Shown here piece after piece: positions 1-8,936 of a stretch of 64,000 nt of DNA (positions are counted from its first letter, which is position 1; every line of letters begins with the position of its first letter). A program made the translations under genes and the position numbers. The stretch spans positions 1 to 64,000 of IMG/VR virus record IMGVR_UViG_3300043823_000198. One strand, written 5' to 3'. The notes beneath the pieces are model-generated. The model had not been told where the DNA came from, searched no databases, and saw only the letters and a program-made list of their open reading frames with translations. The stretch is from a virus.

Positions 1-67
1 AGTTCTGGGTAACTAGCTAGTCTCATAAGCTAGATTGAGGTAGGTTCGATTCCTACTCCCGCTACCA
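1..67 (+). tRNA. tRNA-Met/fMet (CAT), 5' end cut by window edge
   Basis: Anticodon arm ctagt-ctCATaa-gctag, T-loop GGTTCGATTCC, encoded CCA at 65-67. Confidence 0.85.
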
Positions 68-75
68 AAATCTGT

Positions 76-154
76 TCCGCAGAACCCGAGCAAGGTGCAT
101 GGGCGTGACTGTTAATCACTGGTTAGTTGAGTTCGATCCTCAAATGCGGAGCCA
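76..154 (+). tRNA. tRNA-Asn (GTT)
   Basis: Acceptor tccgca/tgcgga, anticodon arm gtga-ctGTTaa-tcac, T-loop GTTCGATCC, CCA. Confidence 0.9.
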
Positions 155-186
155 CTATATAATAGATTAAAACTATTAATTTCTGT

Positions 187-262
187 TGCGGAGTGGAGAA
201 GTGGTATCTCAGCAGTCTCATAAGCTGCAGATCGTTGGTTCGATTCCAACCTCTCGCAACCA
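187..262 (+). tRNA. tRNA-Met/fMet (CAT)
   Basis: Anticodon arm gcagt-ctCATaa-gctgc, GGTTCGATTCC, CCA end. Confidence 0.85.
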
Positions 263-269
263 AGTATAA

Positions 270-902
270 ATGAAGAAACTTGCTTTATTCGTTGCTCATC
301 CGTATTGCTCAGCGCAATCGAACAATGGCATCGTTGAAGCACTAGAATCTAAATATACATTTAAATTATTTACAAAGCATGAAATAGAAGATAATTTTTT
401 TGATGATGTTGATGGTGTAATATTTGGTGGAGGATTCGGAGATAGCGAATCCTTTCATCATTTAATGCGTAATAATTCTAAAAGTGTAAAGAAATTTGTT
501 AAATCTGGTGGTAAATATATAGGTATTTGCATGGGTGGATACTGGGCAGGTAAAAGTTATTTTAATTTATTGCAAGAATGTGATACTGTTCAATATATTA
601 CAAGACCACATACTGATACACGTAGACCACATGCTAAAAATTTAGATGTTATTTGGAATGGCTCTAAAGAGAAAATGTTTTTTTATGATGGATTTGCTGT
701 TACTGAAGGAAATTATCTTTCATATGCTAAATACATGAATGGAGATTCAATGGCAATAATACAGAATAATATCGGTATTATTGGTTGCCATCCAGAAGCA
801 ACTCAACATTGGTATGATTCATATTCTTGGATGCATGGTAAATATGTAAGTAAACATAATTTACTTTTAGAATTTGTTGATAAGGTTATGTATGATACTT
901 GA
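270..902 (+). CDS. Class I glutamine amidotransferase-like protein (BPL_N-like domain)
   Basis: Motifs IFGGG, GGKYIGICMGGY (Cys nucleophile elbow) and GCHPE. Confidence 0.7.
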   Translation: MKKLALFVAHPYCSAQSNNGIVEALESKYTFKLFTKHEIEDNFFDDVDGVIFGGGFGDSESFHHLMRNNSKSVKKFVKSGGKYIGICMGGYWAGKSYFNLLQECDTVQYITRPHTDTRRPHAKNLDVIWNGSKEKMFFYDGFAVTEGNYLSYAKYMNGDSMAIIQNNIGIIGCHPEATQHWYDSYSWMHGKYVSKHNLLLEFVDKVMYDT

Positions 903-1020
903 ATGGATAGTTATAGGATTTTGTAGTGCACTGGGATGGTGGGGTGCGAATTACTATGTAATTGTTCCATATCTACCTGAACCTGCGCCTGCAGAAAAAG
1001 TTGAAAAGTTGCCCCGATGA
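892..1020 (+). CDS. Small single-pass membrane protein (42 aa), absent from ORF track
   Basis: MILEWIVIGFCSALGWWGANYYVIVPYLPEP...; starts within the last codons of the upstream gene; stop lies in the tRNA-Leu 5' end. Confidence 0.55.
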   Translation: MILEWIVIGFCSALGWWGANYYVIVPYLPEPAPAEKVEKLPR

Positions 1021-1087
1021 CGGAATTGGTATACGTGTTGGTCTTAGAAGCCAAATTTTGCGAGTTCGAGTCTCGCTTGGGGCACCA
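1011..1087 (+). tRNA. tRNA-Leu (TAG), short variable loop
   Basis: Acceptor gccccga/ttggggc, anticodon arm ttggt-ctTAGaa-gccaa, T arm gcgag-TTCGAGT-ctcgc, CCA. Confidence 0.85.
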
Positions 1088-1092
1088 GTTAT

Positions 1093-1167
1093 GGTGATGT
1101 AGCTCAACGGTAGAGCAGCTCCTTCATACGGAGAAGGTTGGGGACTCGGTTTCCTCCATCACTACCA
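1093..1167 (+). tRNA. tRNA with CAT anticodon (Ile2 or Met), non-canonical T-loop
   Basis: Acceptor ggtgatg/catcact, D arm gctc..gagc, ctcc-t-ttCATac-ggag type anticodon arm, CCA. Confidence 0.75.
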
Positions 1168-1169
1168 CT

Positions 1170-1243
1170 GCTCTGTTAGTTAAATGGTATAACAGTTGAT
1201 TAGTAATCATCAATTGGGAGTTCGATTCTCTCACGGAGCACCA
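1170..1243 (+). tRNA. tRNA-Thr (AGT)
   Basis: Acceptor gctctgt/acggagc, anticodon arm gttga-ttAGTaa-tcatc, GTTCGATTC, CCA. Confidence 0.8.
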
Positions 1244-1259
1244 AACAATGGAGAACTGT

Positions 1260-1397
1260 ATGACACAAAAAGATACGATCGAACGTGCGTACGGTTCGAT
1301 TCCAAAAGAAGTAACAGCAATCTGGTTTGATAATTTCTTTGAATGCAGAGGCATTAAATATTACTGGTATAAACTAATAAGAAAAGTGACAAGATGA
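1260..1397 (+). CDS. Hypothetical protein (45 aa), absent from ORF track
   Basis: GGAGA RBS; MTQKDTIERAYGSIPKEV...; ATGA overlap with next gene. Confidence 0.55.
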   Translation: MTQKDTIERAYGSIPKEVTAIWFDNFFECRGIKYYWYKLIRKVTR

Positions 1398-2440
1398 CAA
1401 AAATTTTATTTTTACTTAAACGTAAGGATGATTATCATATTGAACGAGATAGTGAGATAGGTCTAAGCACAGGTCTATACAATTCTGCTAGTTTTATGCA
1501 TGAGATGCTACTTGATTCTGGCATTGATTCAAATATGAGTGTGGTGATTGATAACAACAGTATTGATAGAGTTGTCTCTCAATACAAACCAACACATGTT
1601 ATAATTGAAGCATTATGGGTTGTTCCAGAAAAATTCCAAGTTTTAAGACAGCTACATCCAAATGTAACATGGATTATAAGACTTCATTCTGAGATGCCAT
1701 TTATGGCTGGTGAAGGTCCAGCAATGGATTGGATTTGCGATTATTCAAATCTAAAGAATGTAGTTATTGCTTGCAATGCCCCACGTATGATGCGTGAGGT
1801 TCAAGAAATTCTTAAAGCAAAGAACCCAGATAAAGATTGGACTGGTAAAGTAATTTACCTTCCAAACTATTATCCTCAAGAATTTAAACAAAAGAAATTA
1901 AATAGAAACAAAGATGTTATTGACATTGGTTGTTTCGGTGCTGTTAGACCTTTGAAGAATCATTTGGTTCAGGCAATTGCAGCAATTGAGTTCGCAAACA
2001 GGATTAATAAAAAGTTGCGCTTCCACGTGAACGCAGGTAGAATTGAAATGCAGGGTGCTCCTGCCGTGCATAATCTGAAAGGATTATTTCAGCATATGTA
2101 TGAACAGGGTCATGAGTTAATTAATCATGAATGGACACCTAGAAACAGGTTCCTAGAATTGTGCTCTCAAATGGATATTGGAATGCAATGTAATTTCTCT
2201 GAAACATTCAACATCGTTGGCGCTGACTTAGTTTCTCAGGGAATACCTCTTGTTGGTAGTAAAGAAATTCCATGGCAGTCTATCGGTAGATGTGATCCAA
2301 CTGAAAGCGCACATATCGTAGAAGGTTTGACGAATGCCTATAATTATCCACAATTTAATGTTAGGTTAAATCAGTGGGCAATGAAACAATATACAAACAA
2401 AACCAAGAAAATTTGGGTAAACTATTTTAAGGAGAATTAA
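1394..2440 (+). CDS. GT-B fold glycosyltransferase (GT4-like)
   Basis: C-terminal FGAVRPLKN and SETFNIVGAD motifs resemble GT4 nucleotide-sugar binding motifs. Confidence 0.65.
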   Translation: MTKILFLLKRKDDYHIERDSEIGLSTGLYNSASFMHEMLLDSGIDSNMSVVIDNNSIDRVVSQYKPTHVIIEALWVVPEKFQVLRQLHPNVTWIIRLHSEMPFMAGEGPAMDWICDYSNLKNVVIACNAPRMMREVQEILKAKNPDKDWTGKVIYLPNYYPQEFKQKKLNRNKDVIDIGCFGAVRPLKNHLVQAIAAIEFANRINKKLRFHVNAGRIEMQGAPAVHNLKGLFQHMYEQGHELINHEWTPRNRFLELCSQMDIGMQCNFSETFNIVGADLVSQGIPLVGSKEIPWQSIGRCDPTESAHIVEGLTNAYNYPQFNVRLNQWAMKQYTNKTKKIWVNYFKEN

Positions 2441-2641
2441 ATGTCACATACAGTTAAAATTCATCGTTGGGTAAATGGTATTCTTAAGATTGCCAACACA
2501 TCTCATGCGACTTTAGAAGAAGCTCTTGAGCATGCTCGTCATATGACTCGTGGCACTGGTCACTTTGCCAAGATCTATAACGATGATGCAGAATTGCTTC
2601 ATACAGTAAACAACGAAGGTACTCAAAGTACCTACGCTTAA
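2441..2641 (+). CDS. Hypothetical protein
   Basis: AAGGAG RBS, 66 aa ORF. Confidence 0.7.
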   Translation: MSHTVKIHRWVNGILKIANTSHATLEEALEHARHMTRGTGHFAKIYNDDAELLHTVNNEGTQSTYA

Positions 2642-2642
2642 T

Positions 2643-2716
2643 ATCTCGATAGTGTAACGGCAGCATACGGGTCTCCAAAACCCTTGGTGGGAGTTCAAAT
2701 CTCTCTCGGGATGCCA
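2643..2716 (+). tRNA. tRNA-Trp (CCA)
   Basis: gggt-ctCCAaa-accc anticodon arm, GTTCAAATC, CCA. Confidence 0.9.
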
Positions 2717-2721
2717 ATTTT

Positions 2722-2794
2722 GCGGGTAAGCACAAGGTGTGTCGCCAGCCTTCCAAGCTGTGCAGTTGGGATTCGATTTCCCATATCCGCTCCA
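2722..2794 (+). tRNA. tRNA-Gly (TCC)
   Basis: Acceptor gcgggta/tatccgc, cagc-ctTCCaa-gctg, U73 discriminator, CCA. Confidence 0.85.
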
Positions 2795-2824
2795 TTCTTT
2801 TTAATGAGGTGAAGAAGGTGTAAC

Positions 2825-3298
2825 ATGCGCAAGCAAATTGATATTGATGAAGTAAAAGAGTTCATCATGGCGCAGAGTCCAGAAACAAAGATTTATATCG
2901 GTGGTGACTCTGAACGATTTCTAATTGGAAATGATTGGTACGCAGATTACATTTTATGTGTTGTTGTTCATATTAATGGTAACAATGGTTGTAAAATTTT
3001 TGGTGAAGTTCAACGAGAACGCGATTGGGACCAAAGAAAAGACAAACCACGTATGCGTCTAATGAATGAAGTATACAAAATTGCTGATTTGTATATGAAA
3101 CTCCATGATGTATTAGAAGATCGTGAAGTTGAAGTTCACTTAGACATTAATCCAAATGAAATGCATGGATCGAGTTGTGTAATTAATGAAGCTGTTGGTT
3201 ATATTAAAGGTATGTGTAATGTTGTACCAATGGTTAAGCCAAAGGCATTCGCTGCTTCTTATGCAGCAGATAGATACAAGTCATATATGGCAGCATAA
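2825..3298 (+). CDS. RNase H-like protein, YkuK (DUF458) family
   Basis: IYIGGDSE, RLMNEV, EVHLDIN and KPKAFAASYAADR motifs. Confidence 0.8.
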   Translation: MRKQIDIDEVKEFIMAQSPETKIYIGGDSERFLIGNDWYADYILCVVVHINGNNGCKIFGEVQRERDWDQRKDKPRMRLMNEVYKIADLYMKLHDVLEDREVEVHLDINPNEMHGSSCVINEAVGYIKGMCNVVPMVKPKAFAASYAADRYKSYMAA

Positions 3299-3302
3299 TT
3301 TA

Positions 3303-3329
3303 ATCCCTGATTCGTCGGGGATTTTTTTT
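3303..3329 (+). terminator. Rho-independent terminator
   Basis: aatccctga-ttcg-tcggggatt hairpin followed by a T-tract. Confidence 0.85.
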
Positions 3330-3341
3330 GTTTAAATAAAT

Positions 3342-3370
3342 TTGCTTTGTAATATATCTTATAGTAAAAT
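3342..3370 (+). promoter_or_regulatory. Sigma70-type promoter of the oxygenase array, probably leaderless
   Basis: TTGCTT-N17-TAAAAT; ATG 6 nt after the -10 box, no SD. Confidence 0.55.
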
Positions 3371-3376
3371 AAACAA

Positions 3377-3994
3377 ATGAACCTTAATTTAATAGAGAAC
3401 TATCTTTATACCAGGAAACTGGATCTTGATCTAGTATCAACCAAAGAATCAGTAAGTGTTTTATATGAGTATGTGAAGCACAGATTCGGTGATGGCGAAG
3501 ATTTCAATGGTCAGTCGCAATTAGCCAAAGAGTTGTACGGTAAGTACAATCTGTTTATGTATCCACTACCAGAGATACATAAATTATACAGAGAAATCCG
3601 AGACACTTTTCATGCAGCAAACTCTCATATGTGCTCTGAAGAACCATATGATGATTACTTCATTCAGGGTTGGATAAACTACTATCATACTGGTGAATAC
3701 ATAAATTGGCATGGACATTGGCGCCCAGAACACAAAACATGGCATGGTTTCTTTTGTTTAGAGACTGAACCAAATTCACATACGACATATAAGATTCCAA
3801 ATTACAATAAAGACATTGATGTAGTTAGCGAAAATAACCTATTAGTGCTTGGACCAAGCGATGGAGATCTCCATCGTTCGTCAGATTGGAATAATACATA
3901 CCCAAGAATAACACTTGCGTTTGATATTATCCCAGCAGAAAGTTTGAGAGATGCTGGATTTCATCTAAATACTAATCACTGGGTCCCAATTTAA
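3377..3994 (+). CDS. 2OG-Fe(II) oxygenase-like (HxH type)
   Basis: WINY..WHGH ... LHRS ... RITLAFDI. Confidence 0.7.
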   Translation: MNLNLIENYLYTRKLDLDLVSTKESVSVLYEYVKHRFGDGEDFNGQSQLAKELYGKYNLFMYPLPEIHKLYREIRDTFHAANSHMCSEEPYDDYFIQGWINYYHTGEYINWHGHWRPEHKTWHGFFCLETEPNSHTTYKIPNYNKDIDVVSENNLLVLGPSDGDLHRSSDWNNTYPRITLAFDIIPAESLRDAGFHLNTNHWVPI

Positions 3995-4005
3995 GGAAAA
4001 TAAAA

Positions 4006-4743
4006 ATGATGAATATGTATACCGACGAAGACAATGATAACACCGCACTTAGAATGGACGGTAAGATTACTGTACTAAACAAACCAAAAACAGGTGAAGA
4101 AGAATGTCATATGTTATGGCCAACACCAATTATCATGGCTAAACCTTTCTCTGATGATTTTATTGATAAACTCAGAGAAGATGTTCAATATTTGTTAAAG
4201 CCAGGAGCTGCTGGCACATTTAATCACACTGATCTTTGGAGTCTACCTGATATTCCTGAGACAATGGTAGCTGTTAAAGAGAAGATGGTTGAATTGATGG
4301 AGAAATACTATCGTCCTCTCGCTGAGATGCCTCTTCCAAAATTCACTGCGTCAAAGGGATATTTCAGATACTCAATGGGTAATAGTGTGTATAGAATCAC
4401 TCCGCATAAGCATGGTAACACACTTGGTGTTGGTATGCTTTATATTACAGCTGATGAAAGAAACCCAGGAAACCTAATGATGATGGACCCACGTGGTGGT
4501 GTTAACTGGACAAATCAATTCACTGCATTCAAGAAAGTTCGTGTTGAGCAGGGATTAATGTTGATTCATCCAGGATATCTAATGCACTTCGTTGAACCTT
4601 CGAACATGGACATGGGTATGCGCTATGGTAACAGACTCGCTATTATTTCAAATCTGCATAGAAACCATGAAGATTTTATTCAGACGCTCAAAGAGAATGA
4701 TGAATATATTGCCAGAACAGCATCTGGAGATCTAGAAGCATAA
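4006..4743 (+). CDS. 2OG-Fe(II) oxygenase-like (TIGR02466-like, HxH)
   Basis: LWPTPI, PHKH, GNLMMMDPRG, HPGYLMHFVEP, RLAIISN. Confidence 0.75.
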   Translation: MMNMYTDEDNDNTALRMDGKITVLNKPKTGEEECHMLWPTPIIMAKPFSDDFIDKLREDVQYLLKPGAAGTFNHTDLWSLPDIPETMVAVKEKMVELMEKYYRPLAEMPLPKFTASKGYFRYSMGNSVYRITPHKHGNTLGVGMLYITADERNPGNLMMMDPRGGVNWTNQFTAFKKVRVEQGLMLIHPGYLMHFVEPSNMDMGMRYGNRLAIISNLHRNHEDFIQTLKENDEYIARTASGDLEA

Positions 4744-5324
4744 TGTATATTTTTGACGATGTTGTTGACAAAGAAACACAGGACAAAATAGAGAAATCTA
4801 TATTCAGCAAAGAAACCAAGTGGATTTTTGCTAGAACTGTGTTCTATGATGGGACAAACCCTGAGGTAAATGATACTCAAAGAAATTCTTTAATGTCGTT
4901 TACCAATCTGATGATGGATCCAGTTAACCAACCATTATCTGATCCAAACATAGAGTTGTATAAGAAACCTATACAAACAGTCGTTGGTCTCAACGAAATT
5001 CTTCAAATACGTGCTCAATTACAACTGCCTGTCCTAACAGAGAAGAATAAATTATATGGTGTCCCTCATGTTGATGGATATAGAGATAAACCTTACATGG
5101 TTGGTGTCTACTATGTAAATGATTCAGATGGACCTACATATATCTTTAAACAAACTACCAACAACACAACCCCACTGAATGTAATAAACGGAAAACTGGA
5201 TGTTGAAACAACTGTTGAGCCAAAAAAAGGTAGACTCTTGATATTCAATGGTAACATATATCATGCTGTTGGTAAACCAAAGAGAGACGTAAGAGCAGTT
5301 CTTAATTACCATTTTACATTATGA
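4743..5324 (+). CDS. 2OG-Fe(II) oxygenase
   Basis: PHVD, YYVNDSDGPT, PKKGRLLIFNG..YHA, RAVLNY. Confidence 0.8.
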   Translation: MYIFDDVVDKETQDKIEKSIFSKETKWIFARTVFYDGTNPEVNDTQRNSLMSFTNLMMDPVNQPLSDPNIELYKKPIQTVVGLNEILQIRAQLQLPVLTEKNKLYGVPHVDGYRDKPYMVGVYYVNDSDGPTYIFKQTTNNTTPLNVINGKLDVETTVEPKKGRLLIFNGNIYHAVGKPKRDVRAVLNYHFTL

Positions 5325-5977
5325 ACGATTTAACAATTTTAGATAATTTTTACTCTGATCCTATTGATTTCATTCAAAATTTGAATGGAGATTATCCTAT
5401 ATCTGGATGTGGTAATGGCAAAAGAAGTTTAGATTTAAGCGAGATAAACAAACAGATTTATTATGATGTTCGTTCTGCTATCTTCAGAGCACATAACATT
5501 GATGGGAGAGGATTAACATTTGTTACATACTTCACTGAGCATGCGTACGATGAAATTGAGATTTTCAACCAAAGGTTTGTTCATATCGATGGTAGAAACC
5601 CAGATAGATTGTTGACGTCTTTCAAGGAATATAATATCATACTTGGTGGTCAGATATATCTAACACCAGATCCTGATCCAGAAGCAGGAACAAAGATTTA
5701 TTCTTTGAAACCAGAAATAAACTGGACAGAAAGCGAGCAAGTTGATAGGTTAGTGAATCACTACAGAAGACCAAGAGATTTATACGATAGCGGTTCTATC
5801 GGAATAGAACAGTACAAAACGTTGCATGCTGAATATCATAACAATTTTAATTTAACATGTGATGTTAAAAATGTCTTCAATAGATTGGTTTCTTGGAAAG
5901 GTAAAACATTGCACAGTGATGTTGTTACAAAGAACATGCCAAAACGATTAAGCCAATATTTTTTTGTGATGCGATAA
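5321..5977 (+). CDS. 2OG-Fe(II) oxygenase (DUF6445-like)
   Basis: ILDNFYSDP, HID, IYLTP..GT, NVFNRLV..LHS, RLSQYFF. Confidence 0.7.
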   Translation: MNDLTILDNFYSDPIDFIQNLNGDYPISGCGNGKRSLDLSEINKQIYYDVRSAIFRAHNIDGRGLTFVTYFTEHAYDEIEIFNQRFVHIDGRNPDRLLTSFKEYNIILGGQIYLTPDPDPEAGTKIYSLKPEINWTESEQVDRLVNHYRRPRDLYDSGSIGIEQYKTLHAEYHNNFNLTCDVKNVFNRLVSWKGKTLHSDVVTKNMPKRLSQYFFVMR

Positions 5978-6621
5978 TGTATACAGTAATTGATAATTTT
6001 TATGAACAAGAACAATTTGATAAACTTCAAAGGATGCTGCTTGGACCAAGGATGCCATGGTTCTATATGCCTCAGATCTCTGTCCCACCATGGATAACTG
6101 TTAATGATCCTAATGCTGTTGAGACAGATGGGCTACATAATGTGATTGTTGATAGAGAAAGAAATTATATTAGTCAAGAGTATAGGGTTCTTTATCCATA
6201 TCTTGTAAAAATGATGGCAATTCTTGGATACACAGAAGAAAATCTCTATCGAGTAAGAGCAGCAATGAAATGGCCGAAGCCAGGATTTGGTTCTGATATG
6301 TATAACATCCCACACATTGATGCGACATGGCCAAATAAAACAATTGTTTTCTACCTCAATGATAGCGATGGTGATACAAGACTGTTTCATCAGCGCCAAC
6401 AAAAGATGGACGTAACGATGGAACAACTTCCATCAGATGTTTCAGAAGAACAGTTAATTTTATACGGAAACCAGTTTATCAAAGAAGGTTTCACTGTTAT
6501 GGAAACAGTTACGCCTAAGGCAAACAGATTGTTAATTTTTGATGGTATGATGTATCATACTGCTGGTATTCCAGTAAACACTGAGCGCAGAGTTATTTTA
6601 AACATAAACATACGAGAATGA
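5977..6621 (+). CDS. 2OG-Fe(II) oxygenase
   Basis: PHID, FYLNDSDGDT, PKANRLLIFDG..YHTA, RVILNIN. Confidence 0.8.
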   Translation: MYTVIDNFYEQEQFDKLQRMLLGPRMPWFYMPQISVPPWITVNDPNAVETDGLHNVIVDRERNYISQEYRVLYPYLVKMMAILGYTEENLYRVRAAMKWPKPGFGSDMYNIPHIDATWPNKTIVFYLNDSDGDTRLFHQRQQKMDVTMEQLPSDVSEEQLILYGNQFIKEGFTVMETVTPKANRLLIFDGMMYHTAGIPVNTERRVILNINIRE

Positions 6622-7241
6622 TGGAAATATATAACACACCACTTCCGCTATATTTTAAAAATCATGTTCCTGTTCAGAACTGGGATGCGATAAGAAATAA
6701 ATGTGATGATCTTCTCGCTATCATGCCAGACCAACATGGGTTAGAGAGCGGCAATGCTAAGAGTTCTTACGATGTTAGAGATGTCAACGGAAATTTAATA
6801 AACCCACTCGGCATTGATTGTTTCAATTATATCAGACCACACATATGGGAAGCTGTTAAATTTGCGGCAGAGCATTGGTTGATGGAATACGATAAGTACG
6901 ACATTACTCAGTGTTGGACTAATCGTCACCTTCCTGGTGGTAAGACACTGTTCCATAAACATGGCGCTTCAACACAGATTGTCATTGCATATTACCTTAA
7001 TGTTCCAGAGAATAGTGGAAATCTGTTGATCGTTGATCCACTCGAGTATCATTGGAGTGGATACCACAGCGTTAGGAATGATATTAACAATCAGAACGGA
7101 TGGGTAGTGCCAGTTAAAACAGGAGACATGGTTATCATGCCAAACTTTCTGATTCATGGCACAGAAGAAAACACAAGCAATGATAATAGGTATGTGTTAA
7201 CAGTAAACATACAGGGATCTTTTAAAAAGGAGATAATATGA
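6618..7241 (+). CDS. 2OG-Fe(II) oxygenase-like (TIGR02466-like, HxH)
   Basis: WTN..HKH, YYLNVPENSGNL..DP, GDMVIMP..LIHGT, RYVLTVN. Confidence 0.75.
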   Translation: MMEIYNTPLPLYFKNHVPVQNWDAIRNKCDDLLAIMPDQHGLESGNAKSSYDVRDVNGNLINPLGIDCFNYIRPHIWEAVKFAAEHWLMEYDKYDITQCWTNRHLPGGKTLFHKHGASTQIVIAYYLNVPENSGNLLIVDPLEYHWSGYHSVRNDINNQNGWVVPVKTGDMVIMPNFLIHGTEENTSNDNRYVLTVNIQGSFKKEII

Positions 7242-7435
7242 ACACAGAAGTTAAAGAGATGACATTTGCCGACAAGTGGCATGCCGAGAAACTATTGAAA
7301 CGTGCCAAGAAGAAAGCAAAGAAAACCCTACAGGCCAAAGGTATGTCTAAATCAGATGCAACTAAACTTGTGAAGGGTGCTGTTAACAACATCGCAAACA
7401 GACCAATGAAACGTGGTAGTGGTAGAGGTGGATAA
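7238..7435 (+). CDS. Basic hypothetical protein
   Basis: AAGGAG RBS, Lys/Arg-rich 65 aa. Confidence 0.7.
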   Translation: MNTEVKEMTFADKWHAEKLLKRAKKKAKKTLQAKGMSKSDATKLVKGAVNNIANRPMKRGSGRGG

Positions 7436-7713
7436 TGTTTGAAAAATCTATCAGAGAATATGCAATTGGCGGACACATGATTACTATTCGCACATCTGTT
7501 ACACAAAAAGAGATGAACGAATTTGTGAGTTCAAATGTAGCAAAACAAGATATGCGTGAAAAGCTGGCGTATAAATTAGTTCAAGAAATGTTTGATCGTA
7601 ATTTAATTGAGATTGTATCTATAAAAGATGACTTTCTACAAATGCATGTTCTCACAGCGAGATGCTACCTAGCAAAAGATCGTGATGTTAAAATTTTAAG
7701 GACATACACATGA
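7435..7713 (+). CDS. Hypothetical protein
   Basis: TAATG-coupled 92 aa ORF. Confidence 0.65.
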   Translation: MFEKSIREYAIGGHMITIRTSVTQKEMNEFVSSNVAKQDMREKLAYKLVQEMFDRNLIEIVSIKDDFLQMHVLTARCYLAKDRDVKILRTYT

Positions 7714-7931
7714 GCGACGGAGGAAAGGGTTCAGCGCCAAGACCATTCAGCGTTGACGCACAAACATTTGCAAATAATTGGGACGCTATCTTTAAAAAAT
7801 CTCCAAGAGAGATTGATGATGCCAAGGCAGAACAGGAAGAATTTGATAAAATCCAACAAAATGATCCATTTGGTCCACCACCAGCTGGAGGTATGACAAC
7901 CCAGCAGGGAGAAAGTCTTGGAAGTAATTGA
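7710..7931 (+). CDS. Hypothetical phage protein
   Basis: MSDGGKGSAPRPFSV..FANNWDAIF N-terminus; ATGA overlap. Confidence 0.7.
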   Translation: MSDGGKGSAPRPFSVDAQTFANNWDAIFKKSPREIDDAKAEQEEFDKIQQNDPFGPPPAGGMTTQQGESLGSN

Positions 7932-8094
7932 TCTAGTAAAATACAGAGATATGCATATGAGCACCTATACATATTTTTGGAAAGAAAATAATCGGATTGT
8001 CAGTCCTTTCTTTGACAAGGAAGAAGACGCCATGGAATGGGCAAAACAATATGGGAAACCAATAAAATTAAACCAAAAGACTTAAAAAAGACTT

Positions 8095-8189
8095 AATAAC
8101 CCTACTTTTAGTAGGGTTTTTTACATTTTACTTTACATTAATACAAAAATAGGTATAATTACTGTATTGTTTGAAAATATGGAGTAATT
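8095..8189 (+). promoter_or_regulatory. Palindrome + early promoter + leader cassette, copy 1
   Basis: AATAACCCT-acttttagt-AGGGTTTTT; TTTACA(8132)-N16-TATAAT(8154); TACT..TTTGAAAA leader. Confidence 0.8.
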
Positions 8190-8927
8190 ATGAAACTGTT
8201 AAGCACTGGAAATCCAAAAGTATTGAAGGGTCAAAAACAAGGATATAATACCTATATTCTTCATCTCTCTCCTGCCGATGTTTCTGGTTTTGGTAATACC
8301 TGCCCCAAAGCTACCGTAGGATGTAAATCTGCCTGCTTAAATACAGCTGGTCGTGGTGGTATGTTTAAGAAAGGCGAAACCACAAATGTAATTCAAAAGG
8401 CACGTATCCGCAAAACAGGGTTGTTCTTCACTGATAGAAACCAATTCATGCTTGACCTGTTCGATGACATCCGCAAAGCAATCAAACAATCAGAGAAACT
8501 AGGATTGATCCCTGTTTTCCGTCTAAATGGTACCAGCGACATAAGTTGGGAGAAATATACCCTCAATGGGCAAACTGTTTTTGAGGCATTCCCCAATGTT
8601 CAGTTCTATGACTACACCAAGATCCTCGGTCGCAAGGTAAGCCACATTCCTAATTACCATCTGACCTTTTCTGCTGCCGATGGTAACGATGCTGATGTGC
8701 TGTCAGCAATCGCTCAGGGTTATAATGTTGCAACTGTATTTGGTATTAAGAAAACAGAACCAATGCCAGAATCCTACAATGGTCTCCCAGTGTTTAATGG
8801 TGATGAGTCTGACCTACGCTTTCTTGACCCAAAGGGAGTTATTGTAGGGTTGTATGCCAAGGGAAAAGCCAAGAAAGATACAACTGGTTTCGTGAAATAT
8901 CCAACAATCATGCTCAAAGCAGCGTAA
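8190..8927 (+). CDS. Gene product 88 (GP88)-like protein
   Basis: TCP.AT.GC..ACL.TAGRG, FRLNGTSDI.WE, QFYDYTK, GDESDLRFLD. Confidence 0.75.
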   Translation: MKLLSTGNPKVLKGQKQGYNTYILHLSPADVSGFGNTCPKATVGCKSACLNTAGRGGMFKKGETTNVIQKARIRKTGLFFTDRNQFMLDLFDDIRKAIKQSEKLGLIPVFRLNGTSDISWEKYTLNGQTVFEAFPNVQFYDYTKILGRKVSHIPNYHLTFSAADGNDADVLSAIAQGYNVATVFGIKKTEPMPESYNGLPVFNGDESDLRFLDPKGVIVGLYAKGKAKKDTTGFVKYPTIMLKAA

Positions 8928-8936
8928 GGAGAAAAT

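Noticed and set aside
112-2795. Minus-strand ORFs at 112, 1124, 2484 and 2513
   Set aside because: Antisense translations of tRNA genes (ESNQ, RFEL-type signatures)
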